Source of the DNA: a virus
Reading direction: 5' to 3' (one strand)
IMG/VR virus record: IMGVR_UViG_3300035666_000100
Coordinates: 1-34,200 of that record
DNA length: 34,200 nt
Under the pieces are notes generated by a model. It had not been told where the DNA came from and made no database searches. It saw only the letters and a list, made by a program, of their open reading frames with translations. Positions 17,046 through 26,776 of the stretch are shown here, piece after piece; position 1 is the first letter of the stretch; the number at the start of each line of letters is the position of its first letter. The position numbers and the translations under genes are program-made.

Positions 17046-17615
17046 TTAAGTTCTCATTTTTGTGGCGATCAGGTTATTTAGAAATTCCTGATTTTTTACC
17101 CGTTGTTCCTCTGAAAGTTCTGGCTTGAGTCCATTGGGTTTGAATTCCCGTTGCTCAGGGGGAATGATTTGCACTGGGCGCTCAAATTCTCGCGGGGATT
17201 TTCGGTAGGCTTGCCAGTGGATCTTGAAATCGTTGCTCAGGTATTGCAGTTGGGTACTTTCAATCGATCCAAGGTGAGATATCCCACCGAGTTTGAAAAT
17301 TGCGTACTGGGTAGCATCATCCAAATTATTTAACGGGAGGCGGTTAGCGAGCGATTCTAGGCATCTTGACCAACAATTAGATACTAATTCACGGTCGGAC
17401 TCTTTAACGAGGTTTACAAGCTCTTTACCCGTGGGGCATTGTCTAAGATTGAAAATCGCCTCCATAATTGCCATCTCAAATTCTTCTGCCGATAACTCTT
17501 GACTGAGTTTGTCAAACCAAATCTCGTACTTGAGTTGTGTAAAAATCGCGTCGGGAAAGTTTTCTTTCAGGTTTTCAATTCCCTGATCAAAGATTTCATC
17601 GTTAAGCTCGGTCAT
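17046..17615 (-). CDS. Hypothetical replication-associated protein (position suggests helicase loader/accessory)
   Basis: Lies between dnaB and an initiator-like gene in one minus-strand operon. Confidence 0.4.
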   Translation of the reverse strand: MTELNDEIFDQGIENLKENFPDAIFTQLKYEIWFDKLSQELSAEEFEMAIMEAIFNLRQCPTGKELVNLVKESDRELVSNCWSRCLESLANRLPLNNLDDATQYAIFKLGGISHLGSIESTQLQYLSNDFKIHWQAYRKSPREFERPVQIIPPEQREFKPNGLKPELSEEQRVKNQEFLNNLIATKMRT

Positions 17616-17617
17616 GG

Positions 17618-18799
17618 TTAAGCTCCTAATTTTTGTTCGCGTTTGGCTCTAAGGATGGCAAGGCGTTCATCCTTAGAAAGCTCGTCAATGTTTCGGGTCT
17701 GAGTTGATTTGCCACCGCTAAACTTGGCTTTTGCTTTGAGCCAACTTTCGGCATCGGCAAGAATTTTTAGCGGTTCGGATTTCCATTTCTGAGCTAGGGA
17801 TGACTTGGCGTGGTTAGAGTTGCAATCCTTCCCTCTGTAATGAGTGCATTTGCTTAACAGCACCCTGTAATATTCCAAAAATTCAGGGTCGGGGGAACGT
17901 TCGCCGCGCATGGCTCCGGTCGCCACAATTTGTTTCCAGGTCGCCATATTTTCTGCGGTTGTGTCCGTTGGCAGAAATCGAGAATCGAACTCGACGGCGG
18001 CGGGATGTTTGATCTCAGGAGTAGGAAGATGGTTTTTAACAGGTGGGTCTTGTTCTGGGCTTTGGTGAGGAGTCAAGTCCTCTGTACCCTCTTGTCCGAG
18101 GTCTTCGTTTGAAACTAAAACGGCTTCGTTTGGAATCCCCCCCCACTCCGATTCCCCTTGGGGGGTAGGGGGGATCTTTTCTGTTGTCTTTTCTGTAGTC
18201 TTTTCTGAAATATCTATATAAGGATCGGTAAATTGGGATTCCCCACTCTGGTAAATCGGGAATCCCGATTTACTGACCTCGGAAAAAACAACATCTGGTA
18301 AATTGGGATTCCCGATTTCCCGTAAATCGGGATCTACTATTTGGGGTCTAGTTTTCCGAGGTCGAAAACCCATTGATTTTTGTCTGGGTTCGATGTCTGA
18401 AATTAACTCGTCTACCTTGCTATGATTGCGAAAGTAGAAAGTTAGTCCCGATCTCCGGTCAACGTAGGAACAGTAATAGCTACTCCCGAATTCAGACCCG
18501 CTAGATTTTGCTTCGTCATACTGAGTTTTGGAGTTGTAACGGACTCCAATCTTGTCAAACCCAGTCCTGAATTCCTCTTTGCTAAAAGCCAATTCCTCAA
18601 CCCAACTATCCCCAATCTTGTAGTCCTGATGCCCGTTTTGAGGCGGTTCCAAAAACTTGTAAAAACCCTCTGGATACTTAGCAAAACGGTACTCAAGTTG
18701 CATCATGAGAATCGTAGCTACTACGCTCCCCGTTTGCTGTCTAAGTCCTGGGATATAGGGGATAGCTTCTGCAAAAGCGGCTAGAATAGAGGGTCTCAT
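17618..18799 (-). CDS. Putative replication initiation/primosomal-like protein
   Basis: 393-aa ORF; 'TGSVVATILMMQLEYRFAKYPEGFYKFLEPP...SWVEELAFSKEEFRTGFDKIG' resembles N-terminal wHTH regions of phage/plasmid replication proteins. Confidence 0.45.
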   Translation of the reverse strand: MRPSILAAFAEAIPYIPGLRQQTGSVVATILMMQLEYRFAKYPEGFYKFLEPPQNGHQDYKIGDSWVEELAFSKEEFRTGFDKIGVRYNSKTQYDEAKSSGSEFGSSYYCSYVDRRSGLTFYFRNHSKVDELISDIEPRQKSMGFRPRKTRPQIVDPDLREIGNPNLPDVVFSEVSKSGFPIYQSGESQFTDPYIDISEKTTEKTTEKIPPTPQGESEWGGIPNEAVLVSNEDLGQEGTEDLTPHQSPEQDPPVKNHLPTPEIKHPAAVEFDSRFLPTDTTAENMATWKQIVATGAMRGERSPDPEFLEYYRVLLSKCTHYRGKDCNSNHAKSSLAQKWKSEPLKILADAESWLKAKAKFSGGKSTQTRNIDELSKDERLAILRAKREQKLGA

Positions 18800-18993
18800 T
18801 CGCGTCTCCCGTCCCCACGTTCTGGGGATTCATCTGTTGGTGTTGTCGCTGCAAATTTGCCATACTCAAACCCTTGAGTTTTTGGCGGTGGGGTCTTGTT
18901 TTCTCCCCTTCCTCTGTTGACTGATTCCAAAGCCAGTAATGGCAGCACCATTAAAGCCAGGACTGTGACCGTTGTTATTGAGATTTGAAACAT
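18796..18993 (-). CDS. Small membrane protein
   Basis: 65-aa ORF with an N-terminal TM, overlaps next gene by 4 nt. Confidence 0.4.
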   Translation of the reverse strand: MFQISITTVTVLALMVLPLLALESVNRGRGENKTPPPKTQGFEYGKFAATTPTDESPERGDGRRE

Positions 18994-19007
18994 AATTGGG
19001 TTAATTG

Positions 19008-19202
19008 TTAAAAACTATCGGCTAAATCTAAACCACCGCTTCTTATAGCTCGCTCCAGTACCTCTGATCTTGTGATCCCAAGGTCTAGGGCTTTTTGCCC
19101 TAACAGCCTTGCTGCGGAGTCAGTGAGCATCACTGACCGGGGGATCTTCTTTTCCCCATGTACCCATTCGTCAGGTCGTTCTCGGAGTTTCTTCTTAATC
19201 AT
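19008..19202 (-). CDS. Ribbon-helix-helix-like small DNA-binding protein
   Basis: 'RSVMLTDSAARLLGQKALDLGITRSEVLERAIR'. Confidence 0.5.
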   Translation of the reverse strand: MIKKKLRERPDEWVHGEKKIPRSVMLTDSAARLLGQKALDLGITRSEVLERAIRSGGLDLADSF

Positions 19203-19310
19203 CAGCCCTTTCCTCAGTTGACAATATTTTGACTATATCACATAAAAAAATATTTATCAACCCCTTGACATAAATTTTTATTGGTGCTAGATTTATTTAC
19301 ATAAAGCCAA

Positions 19311-19350
19311 AAGCGGTCAGCACCCGACTTGATATCAGTGCTGACCGCTT
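19311..19350. repeat. 13-bp perfect stem / 14-nt loop inverted repeat in divergent intergenic region
   Basis: AAGCGGTCAGCAC-N14-GTGCTGACCGCTT. Confidence 0.85.
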
Positions 19351-19371
19351 AGGGATAAACCCAACTAAACC

Positions 19372-19890
19372 ATGATAGCAACAACCGTCCAAATTAATCA
19401 AGTCCAGACCGCGCCCGCCCCTCTGATTTCCCCTGAAGTTATGGCACTGGCACTAAACAAAGGAATAGCTGCCCAGGTTATTTCCTGGGATACGTTTGGG
19501 GAAATCAACCCTACACCTGACGCAATTATGGGTATTTTTACTAATCACGACATTTTTAAATTTGTATTAGCAGATGGCGGTGCGATTCTGATTGGGGCTG
19601 ATCAGTTCCTAAATTATTGGGAACAGATTCAACAATCAAAACCTGTTACTGAACCCTCACCCTCTCAAGAAACGATTGTGGCACTAGCCAAACAACAGGG
19701 AACGGCAGTTTATGCAGGCTGTTGGAAACTGGGTTTTGTGGTTCAGTACAAATCTGATTATTATGCAGTTTCCGAGATGTTAGTTCACGGAAAAGGGTAT
19801 CAATACAGCATGTCCCGCCATAGCTCATTTCAACTCGCCGCCGACTGCTTAATTGAGCAGTCATGGACTGAGGAGGAAAACCGCTATTAA
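19372..19890 (+). CDS. Hypothetical protein
   Basis: 172-aa ORF. Confidence 0.55.
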   Translation: MIATTVQINQVQTAPAPLISPEVMALALNKGIAAQVISWDTFGEINPTPDAIMGIFTNHDIFKFVLADGGAILIGADQFLNYWEQIQQSKPVTEPSPSQETIVALAKQQGTAVYAGCWKLGFVVQYKSDYYAVSEMLVHGKGYQYSMSRHSSFQLAADCLIEQSWTEEENRY

Positions 19891-19966
19891 TACCCATAGA
19901 ACAACCGAGACCTGAACAAGTCCCTAAAAGGTTCAACAAAGCATTAATTATTTAAGGCAAAAAAAA

Positions 19967-20197
19967 ATGAACAGTAACTACATCACGCTGGGAATCGAAC
20001 CCTTAATCTTTGACACCTACCAAGAATTTAAAGAATGGGTGGGAGAGAATGGGGAAAATCCCACCTTCAGATGTGAAGGAATCATAGGATTTCCGAATAA
20101 AGAAGAAACTGATAAATTTAACCGAGTCTATCGGATCGAATATCGTTACGACAACGGATCGGTGAAATATTACAAATCCCACGAGGAGGTGGCGTAA
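19967..20197 (+). CDS. Hypothetical protein
   Basis: 76-aa ORF overlapping next gene. Confidence 0.45.
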   Translation: MNSNYITLGIEPLIFDTYQEFKEWVGENGENPTFRCEGIIGFPNKEETDKFNRVYRIEYRYDNGSVKYYKSHEEVA

Positions 20198-20418
20198 TGG
20201 ATGTTAAGCAGTTGGCTGAAAGATTCGTCGAATTAATAGAAGAACGCGACTTCATTGTCGAGTTCAACGAAACCTATAACGACCGATGTATTGAGATTGA
20301 TGATCGGGAAATTCCTGCAATCATCAAACAGGCTTCAGAAAATTCAATTCCAATGGATGAATTTAATTCATTAATTCATTCAATCTTCCAAAGTCGAGGT
20401 AACAGTCCATCAAACTAA
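20197..20418 (+). CDS. Hypothetical protein
   Basis: 73-aa ORF. Confidence 0.4.
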   Translation: MDVKQLAERFVELIEERDFIVEFNETYNDRCIEIDDREIPAIIKQASENSIPMDEFNSLIHSIFQSRGNSPSN

Positions 20419-20501
20419 TCATTTTTCCCTTACGCTTCATAGTGCGATTGTGAAGCGTTGGGGCGGTGCGATTAAGCCTAAATAAATCTAACAGAAATCC
20501 A

Positions 20502-21383
20502 ATGAAAACCACAACAAAAACCACTGAAACCGAAGTTATGCAAACTGAAATTAAACCAATGGACGAGGGTAAATCCGTCATCCGTGATGAATTTGCGTCT
20601 GAGGAATACATCAATCCAGATGCAAAACTTCCCCGCATTCAAGCCATGCGAGGGGAAGACCCGTCACAATGCGGTTATTTTATCCCCATTGATCAAGCCG
20701 CAAAAGCCGGATGGTTAAACTTTGACGAAAAAACCCTTATTGATTATGCCTTTGCAAGTGGAGACAAAAAAGAACAAGGGTTGCTGTTCACGTCAATGCG
20801 CGCACTCGTTTGTCCTCGGACTCCAGTTCTGGCATTAGATAAAGCCGCGACAAAAGAACAAGAACATATTGTTTTTGCTGGTTATTACAAGAAAGCTATT
20901 CACAAAGAAAATGATAACTTTCAAAACTTCCAGGCGTTCGACATCATCTTACTTGACGAAAATAACAAGCCGTTGCACCAAGTACCTTTAAGCCTCAAAT
21001 TGAAAGGCGCGGCTCAAGCTAGTTTTTCAATTGAATGGGGAAAATTTATCAGTGACTTAACATCGTGCCACGCCATAGTTAATGGCATTCCCGCTAGTGA
21101 AAAAACACAGATGTTCAAGTCCCTTTGTGTTTTTGCTTTTACTACCAAACGCGAGTTAGCAGGGGATAAAATAAAAAGTCCCGCGTGTAAAGTTGTGAGC
21201 TACGAAAAGCCCACACTAGAAACATGGAAAAACTACTTTGTTGGCTTTGATTCTGAAGTTAAAGATTTTTGTATCCAAGGATTACAGCCTAAACGCCCCT
21301 TGATTCAACCCGAACAAATTATGGCGGCGCTACCCCCTGTTAGTGATGTGGAAGCATTGGCGGCTGCGGGTATTGATTTCTAG
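20502..21383 (+). CDS. Conserved cyanobacterial plasmid/phage protein of unknown function
   Basis: ~293 aa with start at MKTTTKTTETEVMQ; 'FASEEYINPDAKLPRIQAMRGEDPSQCGYFI' recalled from cyanobacterial accessory proteins. Confidence 0.6.
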   Translation: MKTTTKTTETEVMQTEIKPMDEGKSVIRDEFASEEYINPDAKLPRIQAMRGEDPSQCGYFIPIDQAAKAGWLNFDEKTLIDYAFASGDKKEQGLLFTSMRALVCPRTPVLALDKAATKEQEHIVFAGYYKKAIHKENDNFQNFQAFDIILLDENNKPLHQVPLSLKLKGAAQASFSIEWGKFISDLTSCHAIVNGIPASEKTQMFKSLCVFAFTTKRELAGDKIKSPACKVVSYEKPTLETWKNYFVGFDSEVKDFCIQGLQPKRPLIQPEQIMAALPPVSDVEALAAAGIDF

Positions 21384-21391
21384 TAATTGCC

Positions 21392-21706
21392 TTGACTCTT
21401 AACTCAACTCCGGGGGTGAAATTCCCCCAATTCAAAACTCGGGTCAAAAAAGAGGAATACAGAAAAATCGATCCTTATTATGATGTCCGATTTGACAAAC
21501 CTATCACCCATATTGAGTTTAGAAACGGCTATGGCTTAAAAGTTCCATCATTCACTATTGAATTAATAGGAATTACCAAGGGCATCCCCAAACCTGAATG
21601 GAGTGATGGAGAGGAAACTGTAGGACAGGAAACAGAGGTTTTTATTCTTGCCTTGGGGGAGATTATTGAGGTTAATCCGTCTTCAGGGGAATTGGCGATC
21701 GCATAA
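21392..21706 (+). CDS. Hypothetical protein
   Basis: 104-aa ORF closely spaced after previous gene. Confidence 0.45.
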   Translation: MTLNSTPGVKFPQFKTRVKKEEYRKIDPYYDVRFDKPITHIEFRNGYGLKVPSFTIELIGITKGIPKPEWSDGEETVGQETEVFILALGEIIEVNPSSGELAIA

Positions 21707-21839
21707 CTTCAACTCAACAGAAAGGAGGTGATGTTTAGACGAGGATCATCAGTCATCTGGTGTTTGTGTAAGTAAGACGAATCAGGGGTAGGAAAGACCC
21801 TTTATCTACCCCATTTTTTAACAAATTAACAGGAGGATA

Positions 21840-22025
21840 ATGAGCGAATTTAAAGGATTTGTAGTCAAGAATAGTTTAGGTCAAGTTGTATTTTCAAGTT
21901 CAAGACACAGCGAAGCACGGAAAGAGTGCGAACGTCTGAACCTAGAAGGAAAAGACAAATTCACCATTGAAGAAAACTGGAAAGGAACCCCGACAAGCGT
22001 AATCACCAGAACAAGGAAAATATGA
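21840..22025 (+). CDS. Hypothetical protein
   Basis: 61-aa ORF with ATGA overlap to next. Confidence 0.4.
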   Translation: MSEFKGFVVKNSLGQVVFSSSRHSEARKECERLNLEGKDKFTIEENWKGTPTSVITRTRKI

Positions 22026-22312
22026 GAAAAACAATTACAACACAGACAATTTATGGACTAGGAAAAGCTCAAGCCACAGCTAGAAAATGGTTGGCAGTTA
22101 ACCGACTTGATGATGATTATTGGGGGATAACTTATATTCCGTTTGGGGTACGTTTTCCTGGTTGGTTTGCTACAAAAAGAGATGCGATCGCAGCGTCAAA
22201 AATAGCAAGGAGAATATTCCCTTATCCATTCAAAAATAACGAACACCTGATGCCAACAGAGGCGCAGTGGTTTGAGGTTTTAAAAGACAATGCAATTCCA
22301 TTTATTAGATAG
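22022..22312 (+). CDS. Hypothetical protein
   Basis: 96-aa ORF. Confidence 0.4.
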   Translation: MRKTITTQTIYGLGKAQATARKWLAVNRLDDDYWGITYIPFGVRFPGWFATKRDAIAASKIARRIFPYPFKNNEHLMPTEAQWFEVLKDNAIPFIR

Positions 22313-22321
22313 GAGAATCTC

Positions 22322-22720
22322 ATGTTACAAGTTGAACCCGAGTCTGAATCAATTGATAACGTTATTCAGTTTGCAGACAAGTCCCCTGTTGAAAAGAATC
22401 AGGGAACAATGATGAACAAACAGGGAAAACTACACTTAGACATCTATAACTTGCAGTGTGACTTGATATCAGGGGGGATCAATAAATTTACTTACATCCT
22501 CTATATGATTCGCCTTCTTTATGGGACTGAGAAGGATATAAAAATCACCCTAGAGAATTTAATTGAAGTCCTGAATTGTGATGGAGTCACCCCATTGGGA
22601 GCCGAGAAAAAGATTCAATTTGAAATAGCAGACGTTCAGGTTGAGTTAGCAAAGATGAGTAAAAAGGGTTTGCTGACAAGCTACGAGGTTCCCATTCAAT
22701 TAAATATTACAAGCCTATGA
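22322..22720 (+). CDS. Hypothetical protein
   Basis: 132-aa ORF. Confidence 0.4.
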   Translation: MLQVEPESESIDNVIQFADKSPVEKNQGTMMNKQGKLHLDIYNLQCDLISGGINKFTYILYMIRLLYGTEKDIKITLENLIEVLNCDGVTPLGAEKKIQFEIADVQVELAKMSKKGLLTSYEVPIQLNITSL

Positions 22721-22753
22721 TTGCCACTACTCAGACCCTAGAGGATTAAAACA

Positions 22754-22927
22754 ATGAAATTATTTGATCGGATGCGCGACGAAACCCGTGGCGGACTCTA
22801 TGACGGAATCCATGACTGCACAGTTAACTTTAAAATATGGTGGAATCTTGTCTACCGCAAAAGTCGCTACGACTACCAGATCATTGCTTTTTGGTATTGG
22901 TTGAATTATCGTTCAGAAGGTAGTTGA
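22754..22927 (+). CDS. Small hypothetical protein (not in ORF track)
   Basis: MKLFDRMRDETRGGLYDGIHDCTVNFKIWWNLVYRKSRYDYQIIAFWYWLNYRSEGS, ends just before next ATG. Confidence 0.4.
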   Translation: MKLFDRMRDETRGGLYDGIHDCTVNFKIWWNLVYRKSRYDYQIIAFWYWLNYRSEGS

Positions 22928-22928
22928 A

Positions 22929-23258
22929 ATGAAAAAATCAGTATCGTGGCGTGATCATGCGATTAATCGAATATCAAACTCCCTCCTTGAGTATGAGATG
23001 CAATGCGCTTGTTTGGGCGAACAAACCAACTCTAAGGATGCCCGGAAGTATTGCAACGACCGCTACCCCTTCGGAATCAGGGAACATTCACCCTACAAGA
23101 TATGGCTTGAGGAACTGCGGTTAATTCAAAAGTTTATCGCGCTAGGCAAGCCATTTAAAACCTACCCTCACTGGCGAAATTGTGTAAACTCTAGGGGGGA
23201 GTCGTGGAACAATCCCAAAAGTAAAACGGTTAGTGAAGGTCAATTAAGTTTGTTTTAG
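22929..23258 (+). CDS. Hypothetical protein
   Basis: 109-aa ORF. Confidence 0.4.
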   Translation: MKKSVSWRDHAINRISNSLLEYEMQCACLGEQTNSKDARKYCNDRYPFGIREHSPYKIWLEELRLIQKFIALGKPFKTYPHWRNCVNSRGESWNNPKSKTVSEGQLSLF

Positions 23259-23284
23259 TCCCGGTAACTCCAAAGAAGCTCACT

Positions 23285-23536
23285 CTACCTAGTGGGCTTT
23301 TCTTGATCATCTGAATCATTGACAATCTTTTTAATAAATTCCTCAATAGTTAATCCTTCATCCTCAGACCGAGACTTTAACATCGCCACAATTTGTTCGT
23401 CGTTTGCTTCTATTCGAGCTTGCAATACGTTACCCGCCAAGGTTGTGGGTGCTACACCCTTGAGTGCTGCCCATTCCCTTAATCGCTTATTATGCCACGC
23501 AGGGATCTTAATCGTAATTCTATACCTTTTGTCCAT
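23285..23536 (-). CDS. Ribbon-helix-helix-like protein
   Basis: 'RYRITIKIPAWHNKRLREWAALKGVAPTTLAGNVLQARIE'. Confidence 0.5.
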   Translation of the reverse strand: MDKRYRITIKIPAWHNKRLREWAALKGVAPTTLAGNVLQARIEANDEQIVAMLKSRSEDEGLTIEEFIKKIVNDSDDQEKPTR

Positions 23537-23664
23537 TGTTTTTTTATGTCGTTTAGCATATAATCAGCATAACATTAACACAAATACTGAAAGGGGCTGA
23601 CCGGATATCAGCCGATCAGCCCCACCCCAACCCATTCTTTAACCCATAAGTTGAGGCTATTACA

Positions 23665-23853
23665 ATGTTTGCACAAAGCGACCGTATTAACCCAGTTCAT
23701 TTACTGCAAAGTCGGTTAGGTTGGACTATCGAAAAGATAGCCGAAGAAATGGATTATTCTGTAAGCGCAGTTAGCAAATGGAGCTCAGGCGATCGAAACC
23801 CATCACCAAGAGCTATAAAAGAAGCCCAGAAAGTATTAGCCAACTACCAATGA
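23665..23853 (+). CDS. Small HTH (XRE-like) DNA-binding protein
   Basis: 'LGWTIEKIAEEMDYSVSAVSKWSSGDRNPS' helix-turn-helix. Confidence 0.6.
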   Translation: MFAQSDRINPVHLLQSRLGWTIEKIAEEMDYSVSAVSKWSSGDRNPSPRAIKEAQKVLANYQ

Positions 23854-23873
23854 CAAATTGAAAACTCAAAACC

Positions 23874-23910
23874 AAACCCTCTCCAGTCCTTTACTGCGGA
23901 GGGTTTTTTA
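23874..23910 (+). terminator. Intrinsic terminator
   Basis: AAACCCTC...GAGGGTTTTTT. Confidence 0.65.
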
Positions 23911-24041
23911 GTGTCTATCAATCTTGTTCACAAGTGCAATCACAAGTGAATTGTCGCCCCTTTGATATGGGTTTATTGTTGTTGTTAGTTAAGCGTTTCA
24001 TTTCGCTTAACAAACAAAAACCAAACGATTTGTAATCATTT

Positions 24042-24299
24042 ATGCGGAGCGCAAGTATTGAGGAAATTACCCATTTTACCCGTGAGCAGGTAGCCGAGAG
24101 TTTAGGAGTTTCGGTTAATTACCTCCGAACCCTATGTCAAGACCTCCGAGGCGTTTTAAGCCCAGAGGAATTTGATTTTCAACCCAATGACGGCATGATT
24201 TCGGCTGATGCTGCAAGCAAGTTAATCGAGTATAAAAACAGGGCAAGAACTCGAACCCGTGAACGGATTTTAAACGACATTAAATTAAGAGGATTATGA
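24042..24299 (+). CDS. Putative HTH DNA-binding protein
   Basis: 'FTREQVAESLGVSVNYLRTLCQDL'; overlaps next gene by ATGA. Confidence 0.5.
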   Translation: MRSASIEEITHFTREQVAESLGVSVNYLRTLCQDLRGVLSPEEFDFQPNDGMISADAASKLIEYKNRARTRTRERILNDIKLRGL

Positions 24300-24841
24300 C
24301 AGCACAAACTCAACAAAACTACGACCTTGACGCGATCGCATCTGCGGTTGGAGTCAAATCAGAAAGAGCCAGATTAATCATCTCCTCTCTGGTAGAAAAT
24401 TTCCATTTTGACGCAACAAATGTTCCTCAAAATGGGATGGTAGCGATTCTTTCTTCAATTATCGGAATACAACAAACCCACTCATTGTCTGTTTCCCAAG
24501 CTGTTGAAAAATACGTTAAAGACTTGCAATCCCAACAGAAGAAAGCGGGGGGAAAAACAGAACACGCAGCCGGATCTATGGCTGAAACAATCGACAAAAT
24601 GGCTGACAATCTAGCCGAACAAATAGCCCCCAAGGTTGTCGAACTGGCTGCGGAAAAACTACAGGAGAAAGTCTTAGAACATTTTGCCCAAGGCTTTGAA
24701 TTTGCAAAAGTAACAACCTGTTTCAATCAAGTGGGAATGATTATTGATGCCGAGATTCGAGAGGTTGAAAGAGCAGATCGATTTCAACTTACCGGAAGCG
24801 AAAACGTTCTCAATTACTTTGCGTTGCCAGAGGGCAAATAA
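24296..24841 (+). CDS. Putative DNA-binding/structural protein
   Basis: 'YDLDAIASAVGVKSERARLIISSLVENFHF' echoes the preceding ORF. Confidence 0.45.
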   Translation: MTAQTQQNYDLDAIASAVGVKSERARLIISSLVENFHFDATNVPQNGMVAILSSIIGIQQTHSLSVSQAVEKYVKDLQSQQKKAGGKTEHAAGSMAETIDKMADNLAEQIAPKVVELAAEKLQEKVLEHFAQGFEFAKVTTCFNQVGMIIDAEIREVERADRFQLTGSENVLNYFALPEGK

Positions 24842-24892
24842 ACCAATCAAAAAGCAATATCCCGATGTGGTTTTTCTTATGCACGGAGGGAT

Positions 24893-25114
24893 TTGTTAAG
24901 CAAAAACCAGGTACAGATTATGGTGTCATCTATCGCAAAAACAGCAAACAATATTAAGAAGTCAATGATTAACACAATCATACTCCTAATAATTGGAACG
25001 GGTATTGGAGGTGGTAGTGTCATCTGGATGCTACAAGCAAATGCAAACGGTATTTGCAGTCTACTCTCTGCAAAAAACCAATTCATTAACATAGTGCAAA
25101 AGGACTCAAAATAA
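24893..25114 (+). CDS. Small single-pass membrane protein
   Basis: 'MINTIILLIIGTGIGGGSVIWML'. Confidence 0.45.
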   Translation: MLSKNQVQIMVSSIAKTANNIKKSMINTIILLIIGTGIGGGSVIWMLQANANGICSLLSAKNQFINIVQKDSK

Positions 25115-25500
25115 TGGATACAATTCTTCTCCCGTTGGTTCACGACAACCTGTCATGCGACACGGCAATTTCTCACAAAACCTTGGCACGACTTGGCACA
25201 AGCCTTGTCTTATGCCTTGTCTCGCCCTCTATGACAGGTCACGCCTTGGCACAACTCCCGCCAGGTTATGAGTTTCAACAGGCATATTTGCAAACAGAAA
25301 CTATGCCACAAAGACCGTGCCAAAACCGTCGAACCATCCAAGAATACGAATACACATTACCCCAAGAAAACCAAGAATATGAGCCACGTCAGTATCAACA
25401 GAATCCAGAGATTGCAGAACGCGGATACGGTGATTCAGGATTATCGGGGTACAGATTCAACATCGGAAGTCAAAACACAATCATCTTTAAGTTCTTCTGA
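25114..25500 (+). CDS. Putative secreted/periplasmic small protein
   Basis: Signal-peptide-like 'TSLVLCLVSPSMTGHALAQ', then a Gln/Pro/Tyr-rich region. Confidence 0.4.
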   Translation: MDTILLPLVHDNLSCDTAISHKTLARLGTSLVLCLVSPSMTGHALAQLPPGYEFQQAYLQTETMPQRPCQNRRTIQEYEYTLPQENQEYEPRQYQQNPEIAERGYGDSGLSGYRFNIGSQNTIIFKFF

Positions 25501-25510
25501 GCTTAGACAA

Positions 25511-25792
25511 ATGAAAAACAGAATCTTGTCACAGGACAGATGTTCTGATAAAGACCTCGAAAAACTTTCAATAATTAACGAATTACTAGGAGAAAAAACG
25601 ATGAAGGTAGATAAATTTTTTGACAAGTTAAATGGGTGGCAGTGGTTAATAGTTGGAATTGTTGCAGGTTTGATTTATCAAAATATGGTAACAAGACCAC
25701 AGCCTCAAACATTACAGCCGCAAGTTTCACCCAACACTGTGATGACTCCTAATGGTGGTGCAGTGAATATGTACAAATTTGAAAACAATTAA
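25511..25792 (+). CDS. Small membrane protein
   Basis: Start at MKNRILSQDRCSDKD preferred because 25268-25500 overlaps another ORF; TM 'WLIVGIVAGLIYQNM'. Confidence 0.45.
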   Translation: MKNRILSQDRCSDKDLEKLSIINELLGEKTMKVDKFFDKLNGWQWLIVGIVAGLIYQNMVTRPQPQTLQPQVSPNTVMTPNGGAVNMYKFENN

Positions 25793-25797
25793 AAACA

Positions 25798-26064
25798 ATG
25801 TCAAACAGAAAGAACGGAATCCATATCAATTACTATGAAGCTCCCTGTCAAAACTATCAACAACCAAGTGATGATTGCCAACAACAACCAAACCGGAATG
25901 CTACATCATCAGGAATGTCTTCAAATATAATGCTTTTGCCAATAGGCTTTATATTCCTGATATTTATTTCACCTATTGTTGTAGGAGGAACAAGATACAT
26001 TGAACGTCCTAGTCAACCATCGCCCGACATAATCATCAACAACAACAATAAAATGCAGCGATGA
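25798..26064 (+). CDS. Small single-pass membrane protein
   Basis: TM 'IMLLPIGFIFLIFISPIVVGG'. Confidence 0.45.
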   Translation: MSNRKNGIHINYYEAPCQNYQQPSDDCQQQPNRNATSSGMSSNIMLLPIGFIFLIFISPIVVGGTRYIERPSQPSPDIIINNNNKMQR

Positions 26065-26222
26065 CAAATTTGTACACGAAAAAGGAAATGATGTTTTGGA
26101 TAGTAGTTTGGTTCTTAACTTATCTCCTTTGCTTACAAAGAGGGGGTGCTGATATTGTTGATAATCGCACCCCAGACAATACCGGAGCTTTCTGTCAAGC
26201 CTACGCTCAAGGGGATTTATGA
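26061..26222 (+). CDS. Small membrane protein (not in ORF track)
   Basis: MTNLYTKKEMMFWIVVWFLTYLLCLQRGGADIVDNRTPDNTGAFCQAYAQGDL; ATGA overlap with upstream ORF. Confidence 0.4.
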   Translation: MTNLYTKKEMMFWIVVWFLTYLLCLQRGGADIVDNRTPDNTGAFCQAYAQGDL

Positions 26223-26333
26223 TAACGATAAACCATAGATTCATTATCCAATGGATGATTTTTGGAATCATTCTTTACCTGACAATCCCCCCTTTAGTCG
26301 CAATTCACAACAACATTGTTTGTAACAGATATT

Positions 26334-26486
26334 ATGGATTTCACAAAAAATAAACAGAATTTGATTTGGTTAGGAATTGCAGCCGTTGCAGCAGCATTTT
26401 TCCTTTACTCAGGAAAGATTAACCTACCTAACCAACAGCAATCACAGTCACCGCAACACCAGACACCAGGAGCTTTGAAATGGTAA
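26334..26486 (+). CDS. Small single-pass membrane protein (not in ORF track)
   Basis: MDFTKNKQNLIWLGIAAVAAAFFLYSGKINLPNQQQSQSPQHQTPGALKW; overlaps the ATG of the next ORF. Confidence 0.45.
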   Translation: MDFTKNKQNLIWLGIAAVAAAFFLYSGKINLPNQQQSQSPQHQTPGALKW

Positions 26487-26776
26487 ATGATTATCCAGAG
26501 ATAGTTTCGTTATTGATTGAACAAGCAAAATCAACTTTTAAACCCAAAGATGTAAGGCTTGACCCTGATTGGGTGACTAACACACTTTTCACTTATCAAC
26601 AAATGCCAGAATATTCACCCATGTCTGAAACACATCAAGATTGTGTTTGGGGTGCTGAGAGTATCAAGCCTCGCTCTGAGTGGAATATCACCAAAGAGCA
26701 AAATGAGATTTCAGTTAAAAGATGGAAAGAAAAATGGATGGCTGAACGTAAACAAAAATATGCTCAAAGATTTTAA
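26480..26776 (+). CDS. Hypothetical 'DYPEIV...WVTxTLFxYQ' family protein (copy A)
   Basis: 98-aa ORF paralogous to 30740-31012. Confidence 0.6.
   Translation: MVNDYPEIVSLLIEQAKSTFKPKDVRLDPDWVTNTLFTYQQMPEYSPMSETHQDCVWGAESIKPRSEWNITKEQNEISVKRWKEKWMAERKQKYAQRF

Noticed and set aside
22929-23536. Toxin-antitoxin pair (22929 gene with RHH gene 23285)
   Set aside because: Genes are convergent rather than co-directional and the 109-aa product shows no recognisable toxin motif.
25268-25510. 5' extension of the 25268-25792 ORF
   Set aside because: Overlaps the signal-peptide-bearing ORF 25114-25500 in another frame; the ATG at 25511 is a better start.
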